Position numbers and translations under genes: made by a program. DNA of 64,000 nucleotides from Lama guanicoe. Its lineage: Eukaryota. The DNA is taken from assembly GCA_013239625.1 (NCBI GenBank), contig MU053482.1:1339168-1403167 (forward strand), written 5' to 3'. Shown one piece after another: positions 13,276 through 25,946 of this stretch (position 1 is the first letter of the stretch; each line of letters opens with the position of its first letter). The notes under the pieces were generated by a model, which made no database searches, was not told the DNA's origin, and saw only the letters and a list, made by a program, of their open reading frames with translations.

Positions 13276-14909
13276 AATAAGGTACAGGATAAATCTTCAA
13301 ATATTCTTATTAATATGTATTTAATATTTACAACTGTTGCCTTGTATACAAAATGATCGCACACTTTCCAGCTTCTCCAAAACGATGCTGGAGGAGGTCA
13401 CATAGCCCTGTGGATTGACCCCACTACCGAGCCTCATCTTGGCCCCAGCCCTGCTCAGCCTGGGTCCCTGGCTGAGGTGGGGAAGCCATGCAGCCAGGAC
13501 ACAGTGGCTTAGGCTGGAGAAGGAAATTAGTAACCAGTATGTTCATCCTTCTGCCAGCCTTTCTCAGTGTCTTCCCAAGCCATTGAGTGTGTCACCTGCC
13601 TGCCAAGGCCTAACATGAAGCTACTTCTAAGATACTCTAGACTACCTGTAATGCTAAACTTGGATGGAGAGCTCCCCATGCCATGACTTCCAGGCCAGGC
13701 AGGCTTCCCCCCGCATCCCATGTTTCCCCGCAGCCCAAGCCTTCCAGGCCCTACCCTGTTCCACCATCAGGTACCTCCTGGAGCTGGTCCTTGGGTCATT
13801 TGCTGCTCAGCATCAAGGTTTGCCCATCTTCATCTCAAGCTTACTGCCCTCTCCCACCACAAACTGGGCTGCAAAGTTAATCTTCAGCTGCCAAGAGCCC
13901 AAGATAATGAGCAGCACTCTATACTTTCCTCTGAGAATTAATCCCTACAACTATATACACCAAGTCCGTAAATCCATTCTTCCGGTTCTTGTTGGAAGGA
14001 GATGGGGTGCCTGTAGGTACTTCTGTGCCCTTGTCTCCTGTTCTGTTCTTACACAGACGTCCCTATTCTCTTTGCAGTTCCCAGTTTGCGGATGGGTGCA
14101 GGGCTTGTTTGGAAAATTTCACTCAGTGCCAATTCCTAGCCCTCAGTACTTTGGCAGAATACCCCCCTCCCAGCTCCTTTAGGCTTTGGCCTTTGACCTG
14201 GCTCTCCAGACACATTGGGGAAGAATTTAAGAGTCCCTCTTGGGTCCAGAATGAGAGGTGGCCCCGTGTTGTCCATCATAGACTGAGGCAGATGGCTCGG
14301 CCCACAGGGCAATTCTGTAGGTTTGTGATGAAGTAGCATTGTTTTCTTTAACCTTAGGGTTTATCTTAATATAGTTACAGATGCATCTAAACGTTGTTAG
14401 TCACCTCTGACTGTTCCCTTCGCAATTAACTTTTTACATAGTCACTTCTTTTCCCATGGCATTCAGTTCATTCAGCTGTAGATGTTGTTTCTTCTTATTT
14501 TAAATTTTCCTTTGCTACAATCCGTGGGACTGATTGTATGATTCTCTGTAAAACTTGTTAGCAGCCCAGGGACATGCCTGCTCAAGTTATAAAGGATAAA
14601 TGTCTGTTTTCTTGTGGGATGTTGCTTGTGAAAGATTTGAGGGTTCCTCTGTGTCACCTTTGGGTTAATGGCATTTGGGTTTTTTGCCCCCACAAGTGTC
14701 TATAAGGAAGACAAATACTGGGTTCACTTGTTTAATAGTCTAGCAAATATTTAATGAAACTGACTCTATGCCAGTACCATCGTGGGCTCTTGAAGGACAG
14801 AAAGAAGTCCACGTGCAGTTTGTTCACATGGAAAGTCTTAGCATCTTAATGTGTGGGAAGAGCTGCCTGCATTTACATAAATAATTCTTCCTACACCTGA
14901 ATTCTTTAG

Positions 14910-14971
14910 ACCAAGAAATTCAACGTCTGAAAATGGGGATGGAAACTTTGCTTGTTGCCAACGAAGATAAG
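14910..14971 (+). CDS. PPFIBP2: Liprin-beta2 exon, (D)QEIQRLKMGMETLLVANEDK
   Basis: tag| ... |gtaaga, 62 nt, phase 1-0. Confidence 0.95.
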
Positions 14972-16081
14972 GTAAGATGGCCATTGGATGGCCCTGTCCT
15001 TTCTCTGCTGACATCCCTGGTTCTGTTTGGTCCCTGCTGGTTGCTGCTGTTTTGGACGGGGCTGTGCCCATCAGGCCGGTGACTCAGGGAAGTGTCAGGA
15101 GAACCGGCTCTGCCTCCTGGAGACTCAGCTCAGCCACCTGTTCTTGGCTTTGATGCCTGGGAATTGTGCCTAAATGGAATTCCCCAAAGACAGATTAAGG
15201 CAATGCCTGTTCATGGCTAGCATAGCTTGAGAACAGTCTGCCAGTCTCTCATGTGCACAGTCTGGTGATAGACCCCTCACGGGCAGACCCACCATGACAC
15301 TCCTGATAGACCTGTCAGTTGACCCTGTCTTCTTATGTCCCTCACATTGAATTCCTGCATAATTATAAGACAGCCACCTCGATAATGTTGGAACACCTAC
15401 CTAGCACAAACATCAGCTCCAGAGGATCACAACTCTGTATTTTACAGATGAGGAAACTGAGACTCAAAGCGCTTAAGTGGTTTTGCTCAAGTACAGGTCA
15501 CAGTAGATAGCCAGAGCGAGGCTCATACCCAACCTTAACTCTGAGTCTGTGTGGCCTCCCGAGTCCCTAGCCTTTGCTGAAAGAAATGATCCCTCTGGGA
15601 ATTTCCTCTTTTGTGTAAGGAATCTGAGACTCCTAAGGAGGGGGTAAGAATATTGGGATAAAGATGACGGTTTTATTTTAGTCGTGTGTGTGTGTGGCGT
15701 GTGGCTCCAGAGGACACTATTGATATCAGGAGGCAGATTTCAGTTGCTACCTTAGGAGGGCAGGGAGACAGTGAGTTTCCTGCTCTTAGAAATGTTTAAG
15801 CTCCTCGAAGGCTACGCCAAACAGGGATTGCTTTATGACTAGAGTTTGGGCTCGCAGCCTTCAGCTAGAGGCAGGAGTGCTTGCAGTGGCCTAGGAGGCA
15901 GACCAGTGAGAACCCAGGTTCTGGGAAGGAGCTGGATACTGTGTTTCCCTTTGGAATGTCCTGTGGGTTCCACATAGCATTTCTTCTTAGTGTGCCCAGA
16001 ACGTAGCCTGGGGCCCCAAATGAAGTCACCACCGGTGCCACCAGTGTTGTTTATATAGATATCTATCTCACCCTGTGACAG

Positions 16082-16157
16082 GACCGCCGGATAGAGGAGC
16101 TTACTGAGCTGTTAAACCAGTACCGAAGGGTGAAGGAGATCATGATGGCAACTCAAG
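16082..16157 (+). CDS. PPFIBP2: Liprin-beta2 exon, DRRIEELTELLNQYRRVKEIMMATQ
   Basis: cag| ... |gtaagg, 76 nt, phase 0-1. Confidence 0.95.
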
Positions 16158-16250
16158 GTAAGGGCAAAGGGGAGCCTACATTGTCTCCCCAAGATATTCC
16201 GTCTATACTGGGTTAAATCCAGGGACCATCCTGACAGAAGATTCTTCATC

Positions 16251-16338
16251 TTTTTTTTTTAATGGGAGTACTGAGAAGTGAACCCAGGACCTCGTGCATG
16301 CTAAGCACGTGCTCTACCACTGAGCTATACCCTCCCCC
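16251..16338 (-). mobile_element. tRNA-Ala-derived SINE (Vic-1 type)
   Basis: Reverse complement reads gggggagggtatagctcagtggtagagcacgtgcttagcatgcacgaggtcctgggttca..., with A tail; 15-bp TSD with one mismatch (agattcttcatcttt 16239 / agatttttcatcttt 16339). Confidence 0.9.
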
Positions 16339-17269
16339 AGATTTTTCATCTTTATTTGGGAAAATGCCCTGCTGAAGAACAGAGCTGGTTAGATGGTCTT
16401 GGATAGTGGGCAATCGGCAGCTGTTGATTTCCAGAAATTTTGCTGATTGGCAGGCAGTTCAGAACTTCCGGGGACTATCCAGGTCACCAAGAAAAGAAAG
16501 CCTTCAGCTTGAACCACTGGCAGTCTTCACTCGTGGGAGATTATGCATCTTCCTAGGATCTTCTCTCTTAGCGGCAGTGAGTGTGGTCAAACCTGGATCA
16601 GAAGTCAGCTTAGTACCCTCACTGGGGATTAGAGCTTTTCCACCTCCCGGAGAATCTCAGAGTTTCCCCAGCAGACTCCGGGACACTTGGAGAGCCTTCT
16701 TTGAGCTTCTGGGCCCCGGGGTTCCCCCAGGAGGTCACAGGGCAGGGAGAGCGAGAGCTGATTGTGTTTCATATCAGCTGCCTAGACGGAAAGCACCACT
16801 CAGGCCGCATCACTGTTCTCTGTGCACTGTGGAGTGTATGCCAGGCTGCCTGCCTTGTTCTTGCCGTGGGCCTGGGCTCCCATCACAGACCCAAGGAAAC
16901 AGCTATTCAGGGAGAGGGCTGCTGGAGGGTGTTCAGGGGCCTCGTTCCAGCTGAGCTGCCGCCTCATCTTGGGAAGAAGCCAAGCCCAAGCTGTGGTTGA
17001 CTGGTTGCCACCCAGGGCCCCTGCCACCCCCACACACGTCACAGTCCTGTTTTCTCTAGTCCTTTGAGATCCTGGGTTAGTTCAGGGCTTGATTGCCTGT
17101 GTCCAAGGAATTGAGAAGGTTGGAGAGGAATGATGAGGGGGTGCTTCTTTCTGTTCCATGCAGGAGCTTTGACATTGAGGTGACCCTCATGGCAACCCTT
17201 GGCTCAGATGCCCTGAAGAATATTCTGAACCACACTGTTAACATACCTTTATTTGTTTTTTTTTTGTCC

Positions 17270-17409
17270 TTTTTTGTAATGGATATATATTTTTTGATAG
17301 GGGGAGGTAATTTGATCGATTGATTTAATGGAGGCACTGGGCATTGAACGCAGGACCTTGTGCGTGCTAATAAGCACGTGCTCTACCACTAAGCTGTACC
17401 CTTCCCCCC
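17270..17409 (-). mobile_element. tRNA-Ala-derived SINE (Vic-1 type)
   Basis: Same A/B-box body as the 16251 copy; flanking tttgtcctt duplication. Confidence 0.85.
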
Positions 17410-17520
17410 TCTTTGTCCTTCTTAATGATGGAGAAATAACGTAGGGATTTTGTGATACAATTAGAGGTTTCGGAACAAATCACATAATGGTAATCATCTC
17501 TTCTGCATTAATGTTTCCAG

Positions 17521-17624
17521 GCCCTTCGGAAAGAACTCTCTCAGTCAATGAGGAGGAACTGGAGGGAAGTTTCAGAAAGTGGAACACTGCAAATAAGGGC
17601 CCCGAGGAACTATTTAAACCAGAG
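17521..17624 (+). CDS. PPFIBP2: Liprin-beta2 exon, (G)PSERTLSVNEEELEGSFRKWNTANKGPEELFKPE
   Basis: cag| ... |gtaagt, 104 nt, phase 1-0. Confidence 0.95.
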
Positions 17625-19470
17625 GTAAGTGTGTTTACATCCCTGATGTGGGGTGTCAGCAGGCCCCAGCAACTTACCCTGGGCTTGAGGGAAGGTCTAG
17701 TGAGGAACTTGCCAGGTATAAATCTCGACAGGTAAAAAAGTTAACTCAGTGGAGCAACCCCAGAGGATATGGGGGGAGAGCCCTGAAGGAGGGAACGGGC
17801 CAGGGCACAGGGCTGTGTTCTGGCTGGGAGGAATGGCATAGTGGCTACTGGACTTCCAAGGATAGGAATTTGTTTTTTTCAATTGGTTCCTCATTTATTC
17901 TTGCCTTTCCTCTCAGGAATATAAGCATAGACCAAAGGTGACCTTTGTTTTATTTACCACCGTCTCTCCAGTATCTGCAAGAATGCGTGATACCCAGTAG
18001 AATTCCACAAACACTTGTTCAATAAATGAACGCATCCTGCTCGTTTAGAGGGATGGCTACAACTTTTGAAATGATGTACTCCTATTTCATAGACAACCTC
18101 CTGCCCCTCTAACTTGCATACAGATTTCCTTTTCTCTTCTTTAAAATCTGGTCCAGTTCTGTGAATCTCTCTGGATTTAGGCTCAATAAATAATAAGCAA
18201 ATAAACTTGTAGACAAAGATTTCAGATGTAGAAGGGGCTTCAGCCCAGGATTTAAACAGTCTCACTGGAAACTCCAGAACAGTCACACTACAAAGGATCG
18301 TAGCAGTCCAGCTCAACTTTCCAATTAAGAGAGGAGCAAAAGTGTCATCCAGTGACCCAGTTATGTGGTCAGCAGGCATTCCAGATTGCTGGCAAAAATA
18401 AGATAATAAAATAATAAATGCTCAATACCTCTGGGTGGTCTTTGTGATGAGTACTGTACGTGACTCACCTCATTTACTCCTCATGACACCCCATTGGGAT
18501 TCCTCTTTTATTGTGATGAAGCTGAGGCTCAGAGAGGGTAAGTAATCTGTTCTATGTCACACAGCAAGTAGATGGGGGAACTTGGATTTGAACTCAAAAG
18601 CCCAGGCTTTAAACAACCATACATACTATAATGCCAGGTTTTGAGCTATAATAAGCCAAAAAGATCCTGGGCTCTAGAGAAGAGAGGCAGTCCTTGTAGT
18701 CAATGAAGACATCAGACCGCGTCCTTATCCACCACCATTAACTCGTTCCACCTGTGAAACTCTTGCCTCTTACTTTCTCGCTCAGCTAGCTCATTCTCAT
18801 TTCTAAAGATTCAGCTTAAGTGTTCTCCCCTCTGAAGCCTTCCTAACCTGTCCACCAACAAGAAGGATCCCCTCCCCACCATCCCCATGTTATGTTATAG
18901 GTATTGGTCCCAGAAGGACAAATTGCATTGATCTTTTACCCTAATTAACTCATCTACCTTCCTTATGTGGGGAGTGCTTGCCCCACACCGAGCACAGGGC
19001 CTGGCAGCCAGTAGGTGTTGCTCATGTTTGTTGAACGACTGTATGAATTGCAGCGTTGCTCACTGTAAGCAACAGAAATCAATTCCAGCTAACTTACACC
19101 AAAAAGGAAGTTTTTGAAAGGGTGCATGGTGGCTCACTGAAAGGAAAAGCTGAAGGAGCCAGCTCAGAAAGGGCAGGGGCGGCAAAAGCCCCAGGGATTC
19201 AGGTCTCAGGACTGACTTGTCAGGACTGTAGTTCTAGGAGGTGAACCTAGGCCCTGGAAGGCGAGGCAGGTTGGCCCAGGTTGTTCAATGTATCTTCGTC
19301 TTTGGCATCTTAAAAACACCAGGCACCAAAACTGACAGAGCCACCAGGGCTGCACGCTGGGGGTGGAAATGTACCTCCCCAAGAGGACTCGTCCCAAGAG
19401 GGGGAAAGGATGGTGGGTGGTCTCTGAACAGTAACCGTGCTCCTCAGTGACTCTCCCGTTCCCCGTGCAG

Positions 19471-19538
19471 ATGTCTCCGAGATGTAGCTCTCCAACCATG
19501 GGGCCACCTCCACTACCACAGAAATCATTGGAAACCAG
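19471..19538 (+). CDS. PPFIBP2: Liprin-beta2 exon, MSPRCSSPTMGPPPLPQKSLET(R)
   Basis: cag| ... |gtacgg, 68 nt, phase 0-2. Confidence 0.93.
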
Positions 19539-21090
19539 GTACGGGACCCAAGCATTTCTGTGGAGCTGCTTCGCCCTCGGACCCACTCAGGGCTCCTGAC
19601 ATGGCAATGGCTGGCCGTGCACGGGGAGCACAGCCGCCATGTCCTGGCCACACCTGACCTGCCACTGTCTGGGCAGCACTGCAGGCCCCGGCAGTGGCCA
19701 CAGTGGGGCCAACGTGGTGGAGCAGTCATGAGCCATGCCTACCTGCCCGGGCCCCAGAGGGGCTTCCATTCCCGCAGGCTGAGGGTCTGGGTCATTGTCA
19801 CTGAGAAAAGACCTGGCCAGGGGTTGGGGCCTCAGAGAAGAGGTGGCCGCACCTCATCTGTGTCCTCCAGTGTCCCCACGGAGCTGAGAGCATCCTGTGA
19901 TGCGTGCCTGTCTTTTCTGTCAGCCCTTCTAGAGGGAGTCTAGCTCTGTGACAATCCACATTCTCCCAGGAGGGCCATTTCTCCACGCAGGGAAATCAGT
20001 CCAGCTGCTTTGAGGAAGCTTCACATAGCAGTGAGCTTGCAGTGGGCTGGCCTGCGGGGTCAGCGGCCATCTGACTGGTTCTGTTGAATATGAACCTATT
20101 TCTAGTTCCGTGTGTCAGCTCTTTAGAACATACTTCCAAGTAATGGGGATCTGGAGCTTCACCGCCAAGAGCAGGCTGTCTTTCAGCCAGGGTGTCTGGG
20201 GAAGACGGCCACGAGCAGGCTGGAAGTGCCCTGGAAGGTGCTGAATCTCCAGAGTTCTGGAGCTTATGCTCTCAGAACCCCATTTGCCAGAAGCCATTGT
20301 TCCCTGAGCCTTCAGCCCCAGAGAAAAACAGCAGTGTCGAGGAGGGCAATTGGCCAGCCCTTGATTTGGCAGAATAAGAAAGCTGGTTTATGAGTTCACT
20401 CAGGAGGAGGTCAACGCCAAGTGACTCACACTGACCAGACTCACAAGAGACTAATGTACTCACAGATAATGATTTATCCATATGAATTGAGAAATGTCAC
20501 TGCCAGGGAGACTTGTCATAGAGTAACCCTTAGGACCACTGGTGGTATTGCCTCTTCTCTATCAAATTGGTGCCCTTCTCTGCAAAATAACCCCTGAGAA
20601 AGCAGATTCCTTTGAGCAGACTGGTCAGGGCGTACAGAGCAGAGGGTTGGAGGGCCCCAGCAGGGGGTGCTTGTCCCCACTCCAAGGTGACACCACCTCC
20701 CTCCATGGATTACTTGCAGACTCACAGACAAGGCAGTATTGTCCCCACAGACACTGGCTGTCTTCTGACCACACCGTTGCTAGCTTGCACTGAATTAGGA
20801 GAACTGAGTGTATTCTAGCTTTTCAATGAACACCAAGGACTTCTGATTTGGATTTAAGTGATGCTCTTGTACCCTCGTTAGCATGTTGCCAGACAGGCCA
20901 TCCCCAAGGTGGGCCAGTCTCATCTTACGTGTAATGGTTATGGTGAGAGGGTCTTTTTTTCCCCTGACCTTGACCCTAAGCCCAGGACAGACTATCAGTT
21001 AAACGTTTGAAACATCCTCTGTATGAATGGTACCAGGTCCCTCTTTTCCAGTAACTGTTTCCTCATTGACGTTCTTTTGTGTTATTTCAG

Positions 21091-21148
21091 GGCTCAGAAA
21101 AAACTCTCCTGTAGTCTGGAAGACTTGAGAAGTGGATCTGTGGATAAG
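21091..21148 (+). CDS. PPFIBP2: Liprin-beta2 exon, AQKKLSCSLEDLRSGSVDK
   Basis: cag| ... |gtcagc, 58 nt, phase 2-0. Confidence 0.93.
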
Positions 21149-21585
21149 GTCAGCCCATCAGTCTATCCGTAATGTTTACTGAGTTCCTTCTTTGCACCCG
21201 GCACCGTGCTGGGCTACACAGGCAGGAGCTGGTCCCAGCTCATGGGGGCTTTTATCAAGTTGCTGGGGAGGCTTAGAATTACATGAACATCTTGAGAAAA
21301 CCAGTCAGGTGAGAGGCAGGGTGAGTCGGGATGCACTGCCTAGAGTTGATGAGGGAGGATGCTGAGATGGGCACAGGTGGGTTTTGGGAAACAGTGGGGA
21401 GCAGGAGGAGGTAAGGTCAGAGCCATGAGTCGGATGGAGCCGGAGAAGATCTTGAATCCTGGCCCTATTTCTTCAGGGAGTGTGCAGAGATTTTGAGTGA
21501 GGATGTAATGTCTATAAAGGTGATGACCCTGGGATGGGTTATAAGATAAAGTAGATCGGAGAGGAAACTTTTTAAAGAATCTAGA

Positions 21586-21686
21586 GGCCTGGGTGGTGGG
21601 GGTGGGTAATAGCTCAGTAGCAGAGTGCGTGCTTAGCATGCACAAGGTCCTGGGTTCAATCCCCAGTGCCTCTATTTAAAAAAAGG
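21586..21686 (+). mobile_element. tRNA-Ala-derived SINE (Vic-1 type)
   Basis: tagctcagtagcagagtgcgtgcttagcatgcacaaggtcctgggttcaatccccag with A tail; TSD aaaga(a/g)tctaga at 21574 and 21687. Confidence 0.88.
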
Positions 21687-22186
21687 AAAGAGTCTAGAAA
21701 GACAAGAGGACATGAGAAGGGCCTTGTGGCCTCTTGTATGAAGGTAGTCCTTGCTCAGGTGGGTGAGCCCCGTGCTGCTGGAGGGGAGGGTGGCAGGCTC
21801 TTGAGTGGTGAGGTTGCTGGGGATTCTGGGGTCCTGTCCTGACACAGCACCCTCACTGACCTTGCTGCATAGATCCCATGGTGTCCGGCAGTGCACCAGC
21901 CTCCCTGGTGACACAGTGGAAAACCAGAGAGGCTGGAGCCGGTGGCGTCTTTGCTCCCATGGTCACGTGCCCCAGTGCCATACTGCTGCAGCTGCTAAGG
22001 ACGTGTGCCCCTGGGGTTGGACAGTGACCTGTGTTTCCTCCACGGAGGGTGATGACATGACAATAAGATGGGTAGGGAGGGGTGAGCCTTGCAGGTTGAA
22101 GCAGGCAGGTGGTCCTGAGTTGTTGTCGTGACTAACACAGCTCTTTTTTTCTCCACATAACTGAAATCCTCCCTGCCATCCCGTAG

Positions 22187-22228
22187 TGTGTCGATGGGAA
22201 CCAACTCTCCCCCACGGTAGAACCGAAG
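22187..22228 (+). CDS. PPFIBP2: Liprin-beta2 exon, CVDGNQLSPTVEPK
   Basis: tag| ... |gtacat, 42 nt, phase 0-0. Confidence 0.88.
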
Positions 22229-23689
22229 GTACATTAACTGCATGTCCCTCTTGTCTCTGTGAGGTCACACTGTGTGCCGGAGTCTTTCCATTGTGCAGGT
22301 TACAGCTTTGGTAACCTTAAAGTATGTCAGCTGTAAGGGGGAGGAGGACAGGAGGAAAGACCAAACCTCCTCTCCCGCTGTCTTCATGTGCACCCAGCTG
22401 AACCCTATGCTTTCATCTCCAGTAGCTGTGAGATAGGATTTCTTACTATCTCCTCCATCCTGTAGGCTCTGAGAAAGTCATCTTTAACAAGACAGTGTAG
22501 ATCTGATCGCTGGCAAGGGGTATGATGTAATCCCAGCGCACACATAGAGGAGTGTGATGTCTTATCTTTTCAGTGCTGATAAGTCATGGTTAGAAAACTC
22601 AGCGGCGGGTGCAGGGATCTTTCTGCAGCATCCCCGACATCGGCGTCTGGCCCTGCTTTCAGTGACTGAGAGCTCGTGACACTGTATGACACCGCCTGCG
22701 TTGTTTCCCAGCCCTGTGAGGTGCATCCCTGGGCTTCCCTAGAAAGTGCACCCGCTGATCCCCGCTCTCCCTGTGGAGCCCGTGGGGTAACTCAGTCTCC
22801 CCCGCTCCTGACGGCTCTAGAACTTACGTCCCTCTGGCCCTCCCCCTTCTTGTGTGCACAGGCCCCCAAACCTTTCAAGTTCCCAGTCTCCTTAGGATGA
22901 GCACCGGGTCCTCGGTGTGTCCTCTGCACCAAGCCCTGGGCCTCCCTGGAGCGTGATACTCCAGGTGGGGTCTGCCCCCGCCTCCTCGATCCCGGCCCTG
23001 AGCTGGTGGTTACCTGCTGTCGCTCCAGCCTTGGGCATGTGGTACTTTCTGTGCCTCCTGTGCTGTCCTCGGGCCTGAGCCAGGATCGCTGTTCTTTGTT
23101 CAGAATCAATAAAACAGAGGTTCCGAGGGGCTGAAGAGAAAGGGCTTTGCCTGAGTCGGCGACTCGGAGCCGGGGCTCTTCCCGCTCGGGACGGCTGCCC
23201 ATGCACGCACGCGGGCTGTCTGCGGCTCCTGCGGGCTTTCGTCCCCATGGCCGTGAGTGTCCTTCTCAGGGACGGCAGACGCAGGCCGCGCTGCCGGCTT
23301 TTCTGTGTCCTGTGTCGGGTCCTGACGGTGCACCACCTTCTCCGGCCACGGGTCCTTCCCTCCCAGCTTCGCTTCTTGGCTGAACCAGAGCTGAGAGCCT
23401 TTTCTGTCGCCCTTGGTTCCTCTTGTCTTCCTCACAGGTCTGGGCCGCCCTTGATGCCCGTTGTTGTGTTGGATTCTGCCCTCTTTACATCTCAGCTCCT
23501 CGGCGAGCTCCCAGGGCAGCCCTCATCCGAGGCCTGGGTTTGCTTCTGCCCTGTCTTGGGGGACATGTGTGATGACACCACTGGAAATCTGTTTTGAGAG
23601 CCCTTCCCCACCCTCATGTGTCCTCTGTGATATGGAACTTGGAGTCATGTCCTTCCGTTCTCAGTTTTGGCTTTTTTTTTAATGTATAT

Positions 23690-23795
23690 GTAATTATCCC
23701 TCAATATTTGCAGGGATCTCCCCCAGCACCCAGCAGATACCAAAATCTGTGGATGCTAAGTCCTTATATAAAATGGCACAGTATTTGCATATATA
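23690..23795 (+). mobile_element. TcMar-Tigger (MER2-like) DNA transposon fragment
   Basis: gataccaaaatctgtggatgctaagtccttatataaaatggcacagtatttgcatata motif. Confidence 0.7.
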
Positions 23796-23814
23796 CATCC
23801 TCTCATATACTTTA

Positions 23815-24342
23815 TTATTTCTTTTTTATTGGAGTATAGTCAGTTTACAATGTTATATCAATTTCTGCTGTACAGCACAGTGCTTCAGTCATACATACAC
23901 ATACATATATTCCTTTTCACATTCTTTTTCATTGTAGGTTACTACAAGATACTAAATATGGTTCCCTATGCTATACGGAATAAAGTTGCTGTTTATCTAT
24001 TTATATGTAGTAGTATCTGCAAATCTCGAAATCCGAATTTATTCCTTTCTACCTTCTTCTCCCCTGCCCAGTAATCATAAGTTTGTTTTCTGTCTGTGAG
24101 TCTCTGTTTTGTAAATAAGAATGCCTTTTTAGATTCTACATATAAGTGATATCACGTGGTATTTTTCTTTCTCTTTCTGCCTTACTTCACTTAGAATGAC
24201 AATCTCCAGGTTCACCAATGTTGCTGCAAGTGGCATTATTTTATTCTTTTTAAAGGCTGAGTAGTATTCCATTGTATATAGGTGCCACATCATCTTTATC
24301 CAGTCATCACTTGATGGACATTTAGGTTGCTGTCATGTTTTG
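23815..24342 (-). mobile_element. LINE1 3' end fragment
   Basis: ttttattggagtatagtcagtttacaatgtt...ggctgagtagtattccattgt...gatggacatttaggttg, typical L1 3' UTR in reverse. Confidence 0.9.
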
Positions 24343-24361
24343 AATGCTGTCTTCCCCAGAG

Positions 24362-24545
24362 TCAGTGGTTTTTGGGTCTGACCCTGCATTGGAGCAATCT
24401 GAGATGCTTGTTAGAAACACAGACTCCCAGGGTGCTGTCCCAGAGGGGCTGATTCATGCAAGCCGGTGAGACCTGGGGATTTACGTTTACAGATGTCCCA
24501 GGTGGTGCTGAAACCCGTGCATGAGTGAGCGTTTGGAAACTGTTA
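24362..24545. mobile_element. hAT-Charlie (MER5A-like) element
   Basis: cagtggtt...gcattggagcaatct...cttgttagaaacacagactcccagg...tcccaggtggtgctga...tttggaaactg. Confidence 0.65.
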
Positions 24546-25015
24546 GTCATGACTGCGTGTCTGATCAGGTCCAATCTGTACTTCATGGGTCACCTTGAAC
24601 TTAAAGATCGTGTACTGTCCATCTCTGAAGGTTCCAGTGATTTCTCCTTCATCAACCAGTTCTTTCTGAATCCTTTGAACATTTAGCCTGCTATTCCCAT
24701 CTCTCTCCTTCCTGAGCTGATTAATGGAGGATTAGTACTCAGTGTTTAGTAACCAAATTCGATTTCAAACCATTTCTAGGACATGTCTTGATAAGCAGAC
24801 TGAATTCTGAAGTGTATTGGGCATGTGGCTTTTAACTAAACGAAACTTCAAAAAATGTCTCTGTCACTGAAGTCTCCCATTACTTTCCTGCCTTGCCAGT
24901 TTTGAAATCCACTTTGTCTTTCTTCTTTTCTACTTTTCTTCTGGGTCCAACCAACTGATTCACAGTTGATTCTCTTGGTAATTTTGCTTTCATTTCGTTT
25001 TTTTTTTCACTGCAG

Positions 25016-25039
25016 TGCATTCCACTGTTTCCCCCTCAG
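25016..25039 (+). CDS. PPFIBP2: Candidate 24-nt microexon, CIPLFPPQ
   Basis: Poly-T tract and ctgcag| acceptor, CAG|gtttgt donor, phase 0-0 inside a phase-0 intron, no stop codon. Confidence 0.45.
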
Positions 25040-25807
25040 GTTTGTGGATTTAGGGCCCATTATATCCTTCTAATAAATAAGTGCAATTCTTCTTCCCCTT
25101 TAAATCAGCTTGTTTCTTGAGGACCCTTTCTAAGGCCAGGTCTGAGCACAGGGCCCATGGCACTGGGGCTAAAGCTCATCTGGACTAGGGTCCGAGGGAA
25201 CTCCGTGTAGGTGTGTCACCCTCTGGCCCATTGTCTGTTGACACCTCCCCGACTGTGTGCTTACTGTCTTGCTTCGCTTTAACCTGCTATTTTTCAAAAT
25301 AACTATTACCATAATGCATCAATATAATTAGGATTCCATTATATTTATAGTCCATAAATATATCCATCTATGTATTTATCATGTGTATCACATAGGTACA
25401 TAGACTAGGTGTAGCTTCTTATATATGTAAAGCAGTAGGTGTAGCTTTTATTGGAATCGTGGTCAGAGTAATTCATGGCTGTTAATTCCTTGAGCCTCTG
25501 AGGACGAAGCCAGATAGCAAAGGCTCCCCTTCCTGCTTGGACTCAGTTGAAGTCAGCCCTGGATTTGGGTTTGACTCTGTCTCTCATCTCACTGTGTGTG
25601 CGGCTCTGGGCCAGTTTCATTCTTTCTTGGCCCGCTGGTCCCATTTCCTGTCTTGGACTAAATGATCTTTGAGGGATCTTGGAGTCAGCCTAAGTGACAA
25701 ATGGCTCTTGGAGAACAGGGAGTGGTTCCTGCATCCAAAGATTTCCTAATTGTGTTTGAGGCTGAGACTGATGGCTGATTCAACATCTCTTTCTCTCTTT
25801 CCAATAG

Positions 25808-25946
25808 GGTGGCCCTTTCCTGGCAGATCACAAATACCCTACGTTACCCGGGAAGCTTTCAGGAGCCACGCCCAACGGAGAGGCTGCCAAAGCTGCTCCC
25901 ACCGCCTCCCCGCCTGACCCCGCAGGGAGCAGCCTCCTGAGGCTGA
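25808..25946 (+). CDS. PPFIBP2: Liprin-beta2 exon, GGPFLADHKYPTLPGKLSGATPNGEAAKAAPTASPPDPAGSSLLRL
   Basis: tag| ... |gtgagt, 139 nt, phase 0-1. Confidence 0.94.

Noticed and set aside
21586..21686. tRNA-Ala-like sequences as real tRNA genes (also 16251, 17270, 38292)
   Set aside because: A-rich tails, TSDs and mutated stems identify them as SINE copies
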